The position numbers and the translations under genes are program-made. Under the pieces are notes generated by a model. That model saw only the letters and a list, made by a program, of their open reading frames with translations, did no database searches and was not told where the DNA came from. A stretch of DNA of 64,000 bases, taken from positions 7,881 through 71,880 of IMG/VR virus record IMGVR_UViG_3300042462_000099. The stretch is one strand, 5' to 3'. The stretch is from a virus. Lineage: Duplodnaviria; Caudoviricetes. How positions within the stretch are numbered: the first letter of the stretch is position 1; the number at the start of each line of letters is the position of its first letter. Below, piece by piece: positions 1-10,600 of this stretch.

Positions 1-179
1 ATTGTACCCTTCGCTCTGAGTTGTTCCTTTTTTAGTAGCCATCTTCCCTCTTCCGAATTGTTAGGTGGATTAAAAAATTTTCTATTACCACACAAAACAC
101 AATAGACTTCAAGATGATTGATTGCACTATATATCCTGTCTATAAACATTCTGCCAGAGCACTTGTTGCATTTGATCAT
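1..179 (-). CDS. Zn-ribbon small protein (partial, runs off window edge)
   Basis: Manual translation MIKCNKCSGRMFIDR...YCVLCGNRKFF; two CxxC motifs; ATG overlaps the stop of 179..616. Confidence 0.75.
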   Translation of the reverse strand, partial: MIKCNKCSGRMFIDRIYSAINHLEVYCVLCGNRKFFNPPNNSEEGRWLLKKEQLRAKGT

Positions 180-616
180 TATGAAGGTATGCCAACTGCT
201 ATTATATTAATCCCAACCGATACTTCTCCTGCCGAGTTAAACTTTACAATACCCTCTACGCCTGTAGTAGTTATTGCTTTAATTACAACCGTAACATTTT
301 TGCCAGCGGTTGTATCTTTAATTGTTACTGGTGTCGCAGTTACAATTGGTGCATAAGCAAAACCAACTCCAAATGGATATGTCCATGACTTTTCTTCGCC
401 TGCAATGATTGAAGTAGAACTAACGATTTCTTTATACCCTCCAACAATACGGGCTTCTGAGGTTTTTCTACTTTGAGGCCCCGCTGTTGTTGTATCTACA
501 GTGACATATTTGTTTGCTGATGTTGAGGCACTTTTTTGCAACTGAATAATTGCCTGAGCCATATCATAAATATATGCAACGTCTAATGGCTGTCCTTTAT
601 CTGGAACTGATATCAT
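179..616 (-). CDS. putative tail/virion accessory protein
   Basis: 145-aa ORF at the end of the tail module; TGGTATAAT promoter 6 nt upstream of ATG (leaderless). Confidence 0.6.
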   Translation of the reverse strand: MISVPDKGQPLDVAYIYDMAQAIIQLQKSASTSANKYVTVDTTTAGPQSRKTSEARIVGGYKEIVSSTSIIAGEEKSWTYPFGVGFAYAPIVTATPVTIKDTTAGKNVTVVIKAITTTGVEGIVKFNSAGEVSVGINIIAVGIPS

Positions 617-623
617 AATATAA

Positions 624-1100
624 TTATACCAGACTCAAAGGAGTTATGGACTCAAACAGAGTTGCTGAAGGATATCTTGTTTTTGGAAAAGTTGATGCCT
701 GGATTGCAAGCATTACGCTTGTTTTACCAGTATCTGTTACTGCTCTAAATTCGTTACCAGTAATAGATCTTACAAACTTCCAATCTGTTTCTCCATTATA
801 TTTTAAATATATATCAAATGTTTCAATGCCATTAATATCTTTTGACCAAACTGCAGATATTGTTTTTTGTTGAATAGGGTCTAATGGAATTTGCGCTGTA
901 AAAGAAACATTAAGACCGACTAAGATATTAGTAATAGGATCTTTTTTTAGATTTACTGGAATATTGTATATTGGAGACCAATGAGAAACTCTGTTATTGT
1001 CATCAGTAATTATTCTATATCTTACTTTGTAGGCCCCAGATGCGCCTGCAAAATTTGTTAACTGCGCTTTTGGAATTATAACTTTTTTAACTTGTGGCAT
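624..1100 (-). CDS. putative tail tip/baseplate protein
   Basis: 158-aa beta-rich ORF translationally coupled in the tail operon. Confidence 0.55.
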   Translation of the reverse strand: MPQVKKVIIPKAQLTNFAGASGAYKVRYRIITDDNNRVSHWSPIYNIPVNLKKDPITNILVGLNVSFTAQIPLDPIQQKTISAVWSKDINGIETFDIYLKYNGETDWKFVRSITGNEFRAVTDTGKTSVMLAIQASTFPKTRYPSATLFESITPLSLV

Positions 1101-2212
1101 TATTGTATTCCAAGCCCAAACCTAAACTCTATATAGTTTGTTGTATTTGGCGTTTTGATAATTGGAAGAGACCCTGTATTTTTAATTACAGAATATCCAG
1201 TCATTCCATATATAGGGTTTGCTTTACTTGTATTTTCAATCCTTACCCCGTCAAAACATACATAGTGGTTCGCACTTGTAGTAGTATTTTTAATAACAGA
1301 AGCATATACTCTAACTGTATCTGTCATAGACCAAGACCAGCCAGGACTTCTTATTGCTGTGTCAATAGAACCAGTCATAACTCTATATCTATTTGAGGAA
1401 AAAGAAGCGCTATCTGTAATCTGAACTTGTGCAGACTTTCCTGTGTTTACTCCAGTTGTACATAGAAATTCTACAATTATTTTTACTGATGTTGGATTAT
1501 CTTCAAGGTCTTCTCCATTTTTGTTTATAACTGAATAAGCAACCTTGATCAAATCAGATTGAGAATAGTTATCTAGATTAAGAGATGTGTTAGATAATTT
1601 TATATATTCTGATGTGTTGGATGGAACCCATTTTGCTGCTGCCGTTGATATTTCAGAAGAGTCTCCACGAAGTGCAATAAAAGAATTTAAATATCGACAT
1701 CTTTCGTTTCTTGTAACACGTGGCTCTGTAGAAAAAACTTTATTATCAGCATTTGTTCTAAAAACTTTAGAGGTTGTTGCAATAATATTGTCTCCATCAT
1801 TGCCATCTAATGGGTCTGGAATATATGGAATTGTCGAAGAGGCTCCAGAGTACTCCCAGTTTTCAGAAAATGTATAAAGAATTTTGCTATCATATGCTCC
1901 TGCTGTGGTGTTTGATCCTGCAGAAAATACGCCAACCTCTGTAATTTCATATCTTTCTTCTGTTGGTAACTCTGCAGTAAACACAATCTTTGATACTCCA
2001 TTTTCAGAAACATATCCTCTGGATGTTATTGGAACACGAAGCATTTCAAAATCTAATCTTTCTTTTTCTGCAAAAGATGCTGCATAGTCAGACAAGTTAG
2101 CAGAAGAACCAAGAGGGGTTGGTCCACAGCCAATAGCAATGTGTGACGCATAGGCAGAAGCCTGACCAATCAAATACTTGGCTATAATGTTTTTACCGTT
2201 TGTAGTTATCAT
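1100..2212 (-). CDS. putative baseplate/tail-fibre attachment protein
   Basis: N-terminal MITTNGKNIIAKYL...IAIGCG...ITEVGVF pattern resembles phage tail-collar/baseplate domains; position in tail operon. Confidence 0.6.
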   Translation of the reverse strand: MITTNGKNIIAKYLIGQASAYASHIAIGCGPTPLGSSANLSDYAASFAEKERLDFEMLRVPITSRGYVSENGVSKIVFTAELPTEERYEITEVGVFSAGSNTTAGAYDSKILYTFSENWEYSGASSTIPYIPDPLDGNDGDNIIATTSKVFRTNADNKVFSTEPRVTRNERCRYLNSFIALRGDSSEISTAAAKWVPSNTSEYIKLSNTSLNLDNYSQSDLIKVAYSVINKNGEDLEDNPTSVKIIVEFLCTTGVNTGKSAQVQITDSASFSSNRYRVMTGSIDTAIRSPGWSWSMTDTVRVYASVIKNTTTSANHYVCFDGVRIENTSKANPIYGMTGYSVIKNTGSLPIIKTPNTTNYIEFRFGLGIQ

Positions 2213-2706
2213 ATCTCATCCACCTCATATATTGTACCATTATACTGACTTCCTTTTGTTTGAATGTTAACCTGCACTAACTCATTTGGCTCCATATTTA
2301 TTACGTTAATAACTAAATCCCCTGTTTCTGGATCAATATATACAATTTCCTTGTTGGGTCCAGTTCCTTCTGAAGGAACGTGAGCATCTAATTTAATAGG
2401 AAAGTTATCAAAAAACTCTTTTGATGTGTCTTGTAATCCTAAGACTCTTTGTGGGCTGTACTGATAAGCAAGCATTGTTAGATTTTTGATTGGTCTATAA
2501 AGAACATCTTGGCCATTTATAATATCAGATCTTGTAATTGTAATTATTTCTTGACCACCAATATCTTCAAAGATTAGATCTGTCATTATTTCAATTGGAA
2601 CAAGTTCTGAACTCTGAATAATTAAATTAGGAGTCGCAACTTTAATATCTGCTTTTGCAGCAACTGATGATGTCGATGCTGGGACTGATGCTACTGGATC
2701 TACCAT
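2209..2706 (-). CDS. tail-associated hypothetical protein
   Basis: 165-aa ORF coupled to neighbours by overlapping start/stop. Confidence 0.55.
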   Translation of the reverse strand: MVDPVASVPASTSSVAAKADIKVATPNLIIQSSELVPIEIMTDLIFEDIGGQEIITITRSDIINGQDVLYRPIKNLTMLAYQYSPQRVLGLQDTSKEFFDNFPIKLDAHVPSEGTGPNKEIVYIDPETGDLVINVINMEPNELVQVNIQTKGSQYNGTIYEVDEI

Positions 2707-5700
2707 TACACTACCTCGCTTAGATAAATTTCCATACTAGGTCCATCTGTGGACTTTGAATATGAAATACTATAAACAACAAATTTCTTTCCACTGGTTC
2801 CAGAGTAATCTAAATCTCCTTCGTAATAGTCAACTTCAGCAATATCTCCAAGTTGTACTGTAGGATTAGCAAAAATCTTTAACCCTATAGACTTTCTTGG
2901 CTTAATAATTTTACCAGTTAGCCAAGACATCAAAGCATTTGCTTCATCTTTTGATTGAATATATGGAGTGTCAAGACTAAAATCTTTTTTACCATGTGTC
3001 ATTCTGCTAATCTTTATATCTTCATATTGTCTTGAAACTTTATTTGGATATGAAACCAGGGTATCTCCGCTGTATTGTGGATTTGAAAAGTCACTATTCT
3101 TTGAATAATATTCATCTACACTAAGAGACTCGTCTGTTTCCTGTGTAAATGTTACGCCCTGAATTCTTAAATAGTTTCCTGATGCAGAGTCAAGAGTAAT
3201 GGCTTTATCAGTTGCATTAAAAATTATAAACTCTGCCCCATATGCTCCTGCTCTAAAGCCAGAAACTGAGTAACCTTTTATAGAATTAAAGGTTGGAGAT
3301 AGTTGAGCATAAATTGCTGGGTATGCTTTTTCATATTTAATCTTAAAGACTGAAGCCTCTCTCATGATAGTTCCAAACTCCTCAAAATATAAATTGCTTT
3401 GAGGTGGCTCATAAGAACTAATTCCTGTTAGGTATGTTGACTGAATGATTCCACTCATTGCATATTTTCTCATGGATTCGCTAGTATTAATTTCTCCATC
3501 TTCATCAAAAACAGTTGATGCTGGAGTATTTAAAATATACTTGCTATTTTGTCCATAGTTTGCTCCGATTGCATATATGTTCTCAAACATTATACGAGAA
3601 GACCCTCTTGTAAAAAGAGCCATATTATTATAAACTGGTAAAGGATCCTTATCTATTACGCTTGCAATAAACTGGTTATTTATATAAATATAGAACTTTC
3701 TTTCATTTCCAATGTTTTCGTACTCTATAGATATATCATATACTGTTGGAGTCTTCTCTGCTACCATGCGGTATTGACCAGTAAACTTGCCATCATCTAC
3801 AACAATGTTTGCTAATCCAGCATAGAGTTTCTCTGGTATTGCTTCTGATGTGACTGAGTCTTTCTTTACCTTGTAAAAAATAACATTATTAACATCTGGT
3901 GATTTTGTTTTATCTATAGTAGTTTTACCAAGAGCAACTAGTTCTAAAAAGTATCCATTGTTAGTATCTGGATTAACCATTATACCAAGACCACCTGAGC
4001 CACCCACTATACTGACATCTTTGTCTGGAGTTGTTCCAGGAATCAAATAATATGATGTAGCACCAACAGCAGTTTGTCCACGATCAGCATTGTTTTCTAT
4101 CTTGCCAACGATTCTCATTCTAGTCCCAAAATGAGTAAACTTATTTGTCATTGGCTTGTATACATAAGATATAAAATCAAGAGGAGATTCTGAAGTCTTA
4201 AATGCTGGGCCAGCCATAATTAGTGCTGACGACTGGATTGTTCCAGTGCTTGTTGATTGCATGTTTGAAACATCTGCTTCTTTATAATATTGAGTTGAAA
4301 GAAAATTCTTTATTACACCATTTCTTGTTGTATTTTTTGCTAATTCAGGAGTAACTCCTGCTGCACCAAGTGCTGTTGCAGGGGTTGTTAGTCCTGTTTG
4401 AAAAAGATACTTTGATTTCATAGTACAACCTCTTACGTTATTATTATCAGACCAATAAGGAGATAGCCCTGCAAAGTGAGAAGTGATTGCTGTATTAAAT
4501 TGTCCTCTGCCGTGTTTTGCAACTGCTCCATTTTGCAAATATTCTTTTCCATTTAGTTCAATGTAGTTTGGCTCTGCATAAATTCTAACTAATCCTGTTG
4601 GGAATATTGAACCACCAAACTTTAACTTAGAAAAATAGTTTTGATATTCTTGAACACTTGTTATCCAAACATTTCCATATCCAGATACAGAGAACTCGAC
4701 AGCATCAAATCTAATAACTTCTCCATTTGAATAGAAGTATCCATTGTATCTTGCAAGCCAATAAATTCCTTCGCCAAAGTTCATAATATTATTTACAATT
4801 TTATTTCCAGATACATATGGGACAGCATCTGTAAGATTTGAGTTTAAAGGTATTGCGCTTAAAACATAATCAGACATTTCTGATAGTTGATTATTTACTG
4901 ACTTTGTTGTCTCTGTTCCAGAAACTTCCCAAAGTAATACTGGCTTATACACCCAAGTCTTTTCATTATCAATTAAACTTGCTTGTTTGATACTTCCAAA
5001 TGTTTTTTGAATATACCTTGATGTAAAATTAATTTTTCCATCATTATAAACCTGATTGTCTTCTGATGTAACTTCAATAATATTTGATAGGGTGTCAGAT
5101 GTAGAAAGGTTGCTTATTGCTTTATCTTTAACTAGATCATTTGTTCCTATAAACTTTATATCAGTTTGTCTTTGATTATTAGAAGGCATAAAGTAGTCTT
5201 TGCTCATCATAACAAAGTTATTGTATTCATCAAAGAACATTGCTGTTTGTGTTGATACCGCTATATCCTGTAAAACTTCTGCAATGGTTTTATTTGAATT
5301 ACAAAAAAAGAAAGGAATAACTGATTCAGTTTCTCCAGGCAGTCTTTTAAATACATAGTTTGAAAAACCAATATAGTCTAGTAACATGCATACAGCAGTG
5401 CTTACTGAAACATTTGGTACAAGAAGTTCTGGAGCAGTCATTGATTCAAAATAAAAGAACATGTCTCTTAGAGATAAAGATACGGTTCTTTCAGAAATAT
5501 TACTTGTTGGAAATCCTTCAGAGTACATTGTCTTCAGTGGAACAAAATAATCATATCCATCCACATCTACTATAATGTCATAAAATTTAATTTGAATATT
5601 TCGTGTCATATACTTGCTAACAATACTTAAAGAATTATTAGGATTAAAAGCAGAATCATAATCAAACAAGTTTAATGTTCCAGTTGAAGCAAGAAGTTGG

Positions 5701-7034
5701 CCTACTGGCAAACCACTTATACCAAGATCAGAAGCAGATTTTGCAATAGAAAAATCTAATGTCTTGTCTGAAAGGTTTACACAAAGCCTAGGAGATATTT
5801 CAATTAAATCAAAAGAAGACTGTGGAGTATTCATGCTATCAACGACTATTCTTATTCCCTTTATATAATCAAACTCACGGTATTTGTCTGCAAGGTTTAC
5901 TTGATCACGAAACTTTATTGGGTCTGTAAGGTCTGTTACAAAGTTGGTAACACGGTCTATAGTTTCTTCTTCTAACTGCCACGCATACTCTGGTTTAAAA
6001 GTAGCATACTGGCCAGTGTTGTTTGCTCCAGTTTGCCAAATATGAAAAGTACCTATATCGGTTTTTGAAGATTGGATTAAGTAGGCATAGCCATGGATAT
6101 TCTTCTCTGGCAAGAATGATGCATTTGTATATGTCTCTGCAAAAATAAAAGAAGATCTATATGCGTCTGGAACCTTTAGGCCATAGGACAACTCGACATA
6201 TCCATCATGTTTTATTACTGGAGTTCCGTCTCTTCTTGTTGTTCCTTCATTAAACGAATACAGGTTTGTCCAGTTACCATTCTGAAGCCCCTGGATTTTC
6301 CATCGCTTTGGAGTTTGGCTTTTAGAGTTGCCGTAGAATGGATCTGAAAATGTTGAATCATTTGAAGAGAATGTACCAAGATCAACATTGCCAACATGTG
6401 TTTGCATTTTAACGACTACTCTGTTTGCTGGAACATTTTCTTTATAAACAATAAATGGACAGGCATCTTCAATTGGATAAGCAGCATCAACTGTAGAAGA
6501 TGATATTCCGTATTCAACCCCATCCTCTGTTCTATATGAAGACCAATATTTAAACAGATCATCTTTATGACCCATATAATATCTAGGTCTTCTTGCCATG
6601 TCAACATTCGAATGATGTAAGTATTTGCCACGTATAAATGAAGATTTATTGATTCCAGATCTTGGTCTAAACTTTGAGAAACAACTTTCTAAAGAGTAAA
6701 GCATTCCAATTTTTTCTTTTTTTGGAGACATTGTAAACGGAGCACCAAACGGTGAGACATCAGAGTATGTAAACCCTCCATCGATTACGACATCGGCATC
6801 TGTTGCATTTGTATAATATTTTACTGCAGAAGCAGAAGTGCCAGAATCATAGGGGTCGTAGGATCCTGGTAAATTTTTATATGGAGAAGTTTCTTTCTTT
6901 GGTCTATATCTATAGTTTCCAATTCTTTCAATATTTTCTGGAATGTTCATATTCCATTCAGCAATGATTGCAGACTGTGTTCTTATTACAGAAGACTCTT
7001 GAAGGTGTTTCTGTAGTTCGGCATTCTCAAACAT
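2706..7034 (-). CDS. large tail tip / baseplate hub (central tail protein)
   Basis: 1442 aa, second gene after the tape measure; C-terminal ANPTVQLGD...VVYSISY motif typical of hub proteins. Confidence 0.7.
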   Translation of the reverse strand: MFENAELQKHLQESSVIRTQSAIIAEWNMNIPENIERIGNYRYRPKKETSPYKNLPGSYDPYDSGTSASAVKYYTNATDADVVIDGGFTYSDVSPFGAPFTMSPKKEKIGMLYSLESCFSKFRPRSGINKSSFIRGKYLHHSNVDMARRPRYYMGHKDDLFKYWSSYRTEDGVEYGISSSTVDAAYPIEDACPFIVYKENVPANRVVVKMQTHVGNVDLGTFSSNDSTFSDPFYGNSKSQTPKRWKIQGLQNGNWTNLYSFNEGTTRRDGTPVIKHDGYVELSYGLKVPDAYRSSFIFAETYTNASFLPEKNIHGYAYLIQSSKTDIGTFHIWQTGANNTGQYATFKPEYAWQLEEETIDRVTNFVTDLTDPIKFRDQVNLADKYREFDYIKGIRIVVDSMNTPQSSFDLIEISPRLCVNLSDKTLDFSIAKSASDLGISGLPVGQLLASTGTLNLFDYDSAFNPNNSLSIVSKYMTRNIQIKFYDIIVDVDGYDYFVPLKTMYSEGFPTSNISERTVSLSLRDMFFYFESMTAPELLVPNVSVSTAVCMLLDYIGFSNYVFKRLPGETESVIPFFFCNSNKTIAEVLQDIAVSTQTAMFFDEYNNFVMMSKDYFMPSNNQRQTDIKFIGTNDLVKDKAISNLSTSDTLSNIIEVTSEDNQVYNDGKINFTSRYIQKTFGSIKQASLIDNEKTWVYKPVLLWEVSGTETTKSVNNQLSEMSDYVLSAIPLNSNLTDAVPYVSGNKIVNNIMNFGEGIYWLARYNGYFYSNGEVIRFDAVEFSVSGYGNVWITSVQEYQNYFSKLKFGGSIFPTGLVRIYAEPNYIELNGKEYLQNGAVAKHGRGQFNTAITSHFAGLSPYWSDNNNVRGCTMKSKYLFQTGLTTPATALGAAGVTPELAKNTTRNGVIKNFLSTQYYKEADVSNMQSTSTGTIQSSALIMAGPAFKTSESPLDFISYVYKPMTNKFTHFGTRMRIVGKIENNADRGQTAVGATSYYLIPGTTPDKDVSIVGGSGGLGIMVNPDTNNGYFLELVALGKTTIDKTKSPDVNNVIFYKVKKDSVTSEAIPEKLYAGLANIVVDDGKFTGQYRMVAEKTPTVYDISIEYENIGNERKFYIYINNQFIASVIDKDPLPVYNNMALFTRGSSRIMFENIYAIGANYGQNSKYILNTPASTVFDEDGEINTSESMRKYAMSGIIQSTYLTGISSYEPPQSNLYFEEFGTIMREASVFKIKYEKAYPAIYAQLSPTFNSIKGYSVSGFRAGAYGAEFIIFNATDKAITLDSASGNYLRIQGVTFTQETDESLSVDEYYSKNSDFSNPQYSGDTLVSYPNKVSRQYEDIKISRMTHGKKDFSLDTPYIQSKDEANALMSWLTGKIIKPRKSIGLKIFANPTVQLGDIAEVDYYEGDLDYSGTSGKKFVVYSISYSKSTDGPSMEIYLSEVV

Positions 7035-7696
7035 TATACCTCTTCCAAAGTAAGAGATACATTCCAGTAATCAAAGTTCTTTCCACGCTTTTCTACAGTG
7101 TAAGAAAAATCTGAAAAGAACATTTCAACTAGTTGGCTGTACTGTGGTAAGTGTGCATATTTGTTTATGCTTGGTTGACCAACATTATTAAAGTTAGAGT
7201 ACTTGTCGTATGCTAAGAATACCCAGAAAGAACCCTTGTGATTTTCATACCAATCAAGCATTTCAACCCCGCCTGCTCCAGCATCAGTTGTAAACTGTAA
7301 TGGCTGATTTTTATTTCCAACTAGATCAGTAGTAGCCAAACCAGTAGTCATGTTAAAATCTGGAGAATCTAAAAATGATCTTGAAGGAATCATATTCCAA
7401 GATGTGGAGATAGTTAGTTTATCTGCAATGTGATATGAACGTGTTCTGCCATTAATCATTCTTTCTTTCTTTTCAATTCTTGTTGTTTTAAAATCCAGAG
7501 GCCCTCTATTATCGTCTGTTAGAATTAAAAAGTTATCGTAAAGGTTTGCATCTGTTACATCTCCATGCAAGGAGTCTACCTCTAGACCATTTGGTATATA
7601 AACTCCATTGCTTAGGGTTCCAGAATTCTCTGACCATAGCATAGCCTGTGGTCTGTTGTAGTACTTTCTACCTAGCATGTATGATGATGATGCCAT
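7034..7696 (-). CDS. distal tail (Dit-like) protein
   Basis: Immediately follows the tape measure; ends with the WNVSLTLEEV pattern; ERMINGRTR motif. Confidence 0.65.
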   Translation of the reverse strand: MASSSYMLGRKYYNRPQAMLWSENSGTLSNGVYIPNGLEVDSLHGDVTDANLYDNFLILTDDNRGPLDFKTTRIEKKERMINGRTRSYHIADKLTISTSWNMIPSRSFLDSPDFNMTTGLATTDLVGNKNQPLQFTTDAGAGGVEMLDWYENHKGSFWVFLAYDKYSNFNNVGQPSINKYAHLPQYSQLVEMFFSDFSYTVEKRGKNFDYWNVSLTLEEV

Positions 7697-10600
7697 TATA
7701 ATCTATTCCCCCGAATTTTCTGTGCGTCAATGCCCTTTATCTGAGCAATAACTGTCTTTGCAATTTCATCTGGGTTTGAATCAGACTTAACATTTACATT
7801 GATACTATAATTATACACTGAATCCCCAATAGAATCTCCATTATTTATTGCCTTCATTCTATCAACTCCATAAGAATCAACCGCATACTTGCTCATAACA
7901 AACTCACCTGGAGTAAGCATTGCTGGAACCGTATCAGTCCCCTTGGCAAATCCACCAACCGACATGTACTTTGGAACTATTCCGCCCTTAGCAAGTCCAT
8001 ACCAGCCAAAGTCAGTTGCAAATCGATCTGCTTTTAGTTCGGCTGCTTCTTTTGCTTTTAATAGTGCAAGGGCTTCTGCTGCTGCTTTTGCTTCTGCTTC
8101 TTCTTTTATTCTTCTTGCTGTTTCTGCAATTGCAGCATCTCTTGCATTCTTTTCCGTACCAGAGGAATTGTCACTAAAGTCCCAATCATTGGCAGAACCA
8201 GGACCACCCTTTACCCAACCCTTAGCATTATCCCATCCATAATCTCCAGCAGGTTTTTCTGGCTTCACGCAATTACCCTTACCATCAGATACAAGTGGTG
8301 CTGTACATACTGTTGGATTTGTAGTAGTAGTTGTAGTAGGGGCTGTAACAGTTGTTGTAGTAGCGACTGTATTAACATATACAGTTTTATATTCTTTTGT
8401 AAATATTTCAATAGTTTTCGAAGATGGTAGAAGATTAATGTCTCTAAGAATATCTGCCATAGACTTTGCGCCCTTTGCAGTAGACTCTGCAACTGCTGCG
8501 ATAGCGTCCTTCATTCTCTTTTCCATAGCCTCAGAAGTTGCTTCTGCTGCTAGAGCAATACGTTCCCAATCATCTGCTGTAAGGCCAGCAAAAGTTTCTA
8601 CATCATCAAGTTCTGCATTGATGGCAATCAGTGCTGCTTCTTGTGTAGCAAGAGATGCATCTTGTTCTGCTAACGCAGTGACAATTGCTTGCTGTGCATC
8701 CATTTCTGCCTGAACTGCTTTTAGTTGTGCTTCAGTCGCTGCTTTGGCAGCAGCAATCGCTGCCTGACGGGCAGGTTCAAGGGCATCTTGCTCTGCTTTT
8801 GCAGCCTTAAGATCTGATTCAAGTTTTGTTTTAATGTCTGCTATTTGTTGTTCTAGCAAGACTCTTTCTGGATTGTTCTCTAATGCATAAATTTGTTCTG
8901 AAATAATATACTGCTCTTCAAGAATCTGAGTTCTTGTTTTTCCATCTTTGTTTGTTAAAGCATTAACATCATTTTCTCTTGACTGATTAAGTCCGTCCAT
9001 CTGTGCATTTCCAAAATCACCAGCATTAGCAGAACGAATATCTTGAACGGCTGCTGCTGCAGCAGAAATATCTCCAGATGATAAAGCATCTGCCAAACCT
9101 AGTTGCTGTTGCTGCTCTCTTGATATTCTTTCGTTAATGGATAATACATTTTGTAATGCTTCTGCTTGAAGGTCATACTTTTTGTTTATGTCTTCTGCTG
9201 CTTTATCAATTAAAGATAGGTCATGGCTAAGAACATTTGACTTATCTTGATATTTTTTAATTGGGTCATCAAAGTCTTTCTTTATTTTATCTTCTTTTGC
9301 AGAGATAGCGGTATCTGCATCAGACTGAAGTTTATTAATTTTATCTTGTACAGCCTTTTCTCTAGCATCATAATCGGCATTAACTGCATCAACAGCATCA
9401 TTCATAGACTTACTAATATTATCAAACTTTGTTTGGATCTGTGCCATATTTGCATTAGCAACATTCATTTGTGAGGCAACCAAAGATCTTTCTTTTCCAA
9501 CACTTGCTTGGGTTTTATTTCCAAGTAAACTAGTTAATGCTTCTGGGGTGTAAGCCTTTTTCGTTGTAGGATCAATCATTCTTGATGCTACATTTGCTAC
9601 AGCCTTTGCTCCAACGTTAACTCCACCGTAGGTAGTACCATCTGGCCTTGTTCCCTTTTCACTAACATACCCTGCAAGTTCTGACCCAGTCATTCGTGAT
9701 CTTAGTCTTGATTTTATTCCAAGGGCTTCTTGAGCAGCAGATGCACCACCCATAATAATTTCTGACACTGTCTTTGTAATATTTACTTTAATGTCTGAAT
9801 TCTTTTTAATTTCATTTAAAGAATCAACTACATCTTGTAGTGATGCATTTGCACCAGCAGTCTTATTTTTAACTGCATCCATTGCTGCAAGTAGGGTGCT
9901 AAGTTGTTCTGGATCTCCAAGGGCATCTGTCATTGCTCCTTCTGATATTCCACGGGACAAACCAGATGATGCTAGGAAAGCCTGAAGTTCTTGTCTTCTT
10001 GCCATATCTGCATTTTCTTGTCTTGCTCTTGCTCCTTGAGAAACTATGTTGTTAATCTTGTCTCTTGTGTCTGCTTGAACAGCAAGAGCATTGTTAATCC
10101 TTAGTTCTTCATCAGTAATCTTTCCTGTAGCAATTGCAGTTGTATATGCCTCATCACTTAATACTCTTTGGATTTGAGTATTTGTCATTCCCAGTCCTGC
10201 TAATTTTTTCATAACAATTGATTGTTGATCAAAGTTTCTAATTGTCTGAATTTGTGCTACATTGAAGTCACCAATAATTGCTTTGTCAAATCCAGCCGCA
10301 ACTTCTTTACCTTTTGTATTTAGTGCAAGGTCTCCAACCTTAGCACCCTTTGCTAAGAATTTTTTACCTTTAGGATCGTTTGGGTCAAGTACTCTGCCTT
10401 TATTCTTGCCACTCTTAACCTTTTTAGTTGCCACCTTGCCATACTTAGCCTGCTCTGTTTTGTCAAGGCCAGTAAACCAATCAATGAACTGTCCATTATA
10501 ACCTTTAGTAGGATCTGTTGCCTGAGTAGGCTTGCCAGATTTCATACCCATTAGTTGTTGTTGTATACCGTTAAATTTATTACCAATCTGTCCACCAGAG

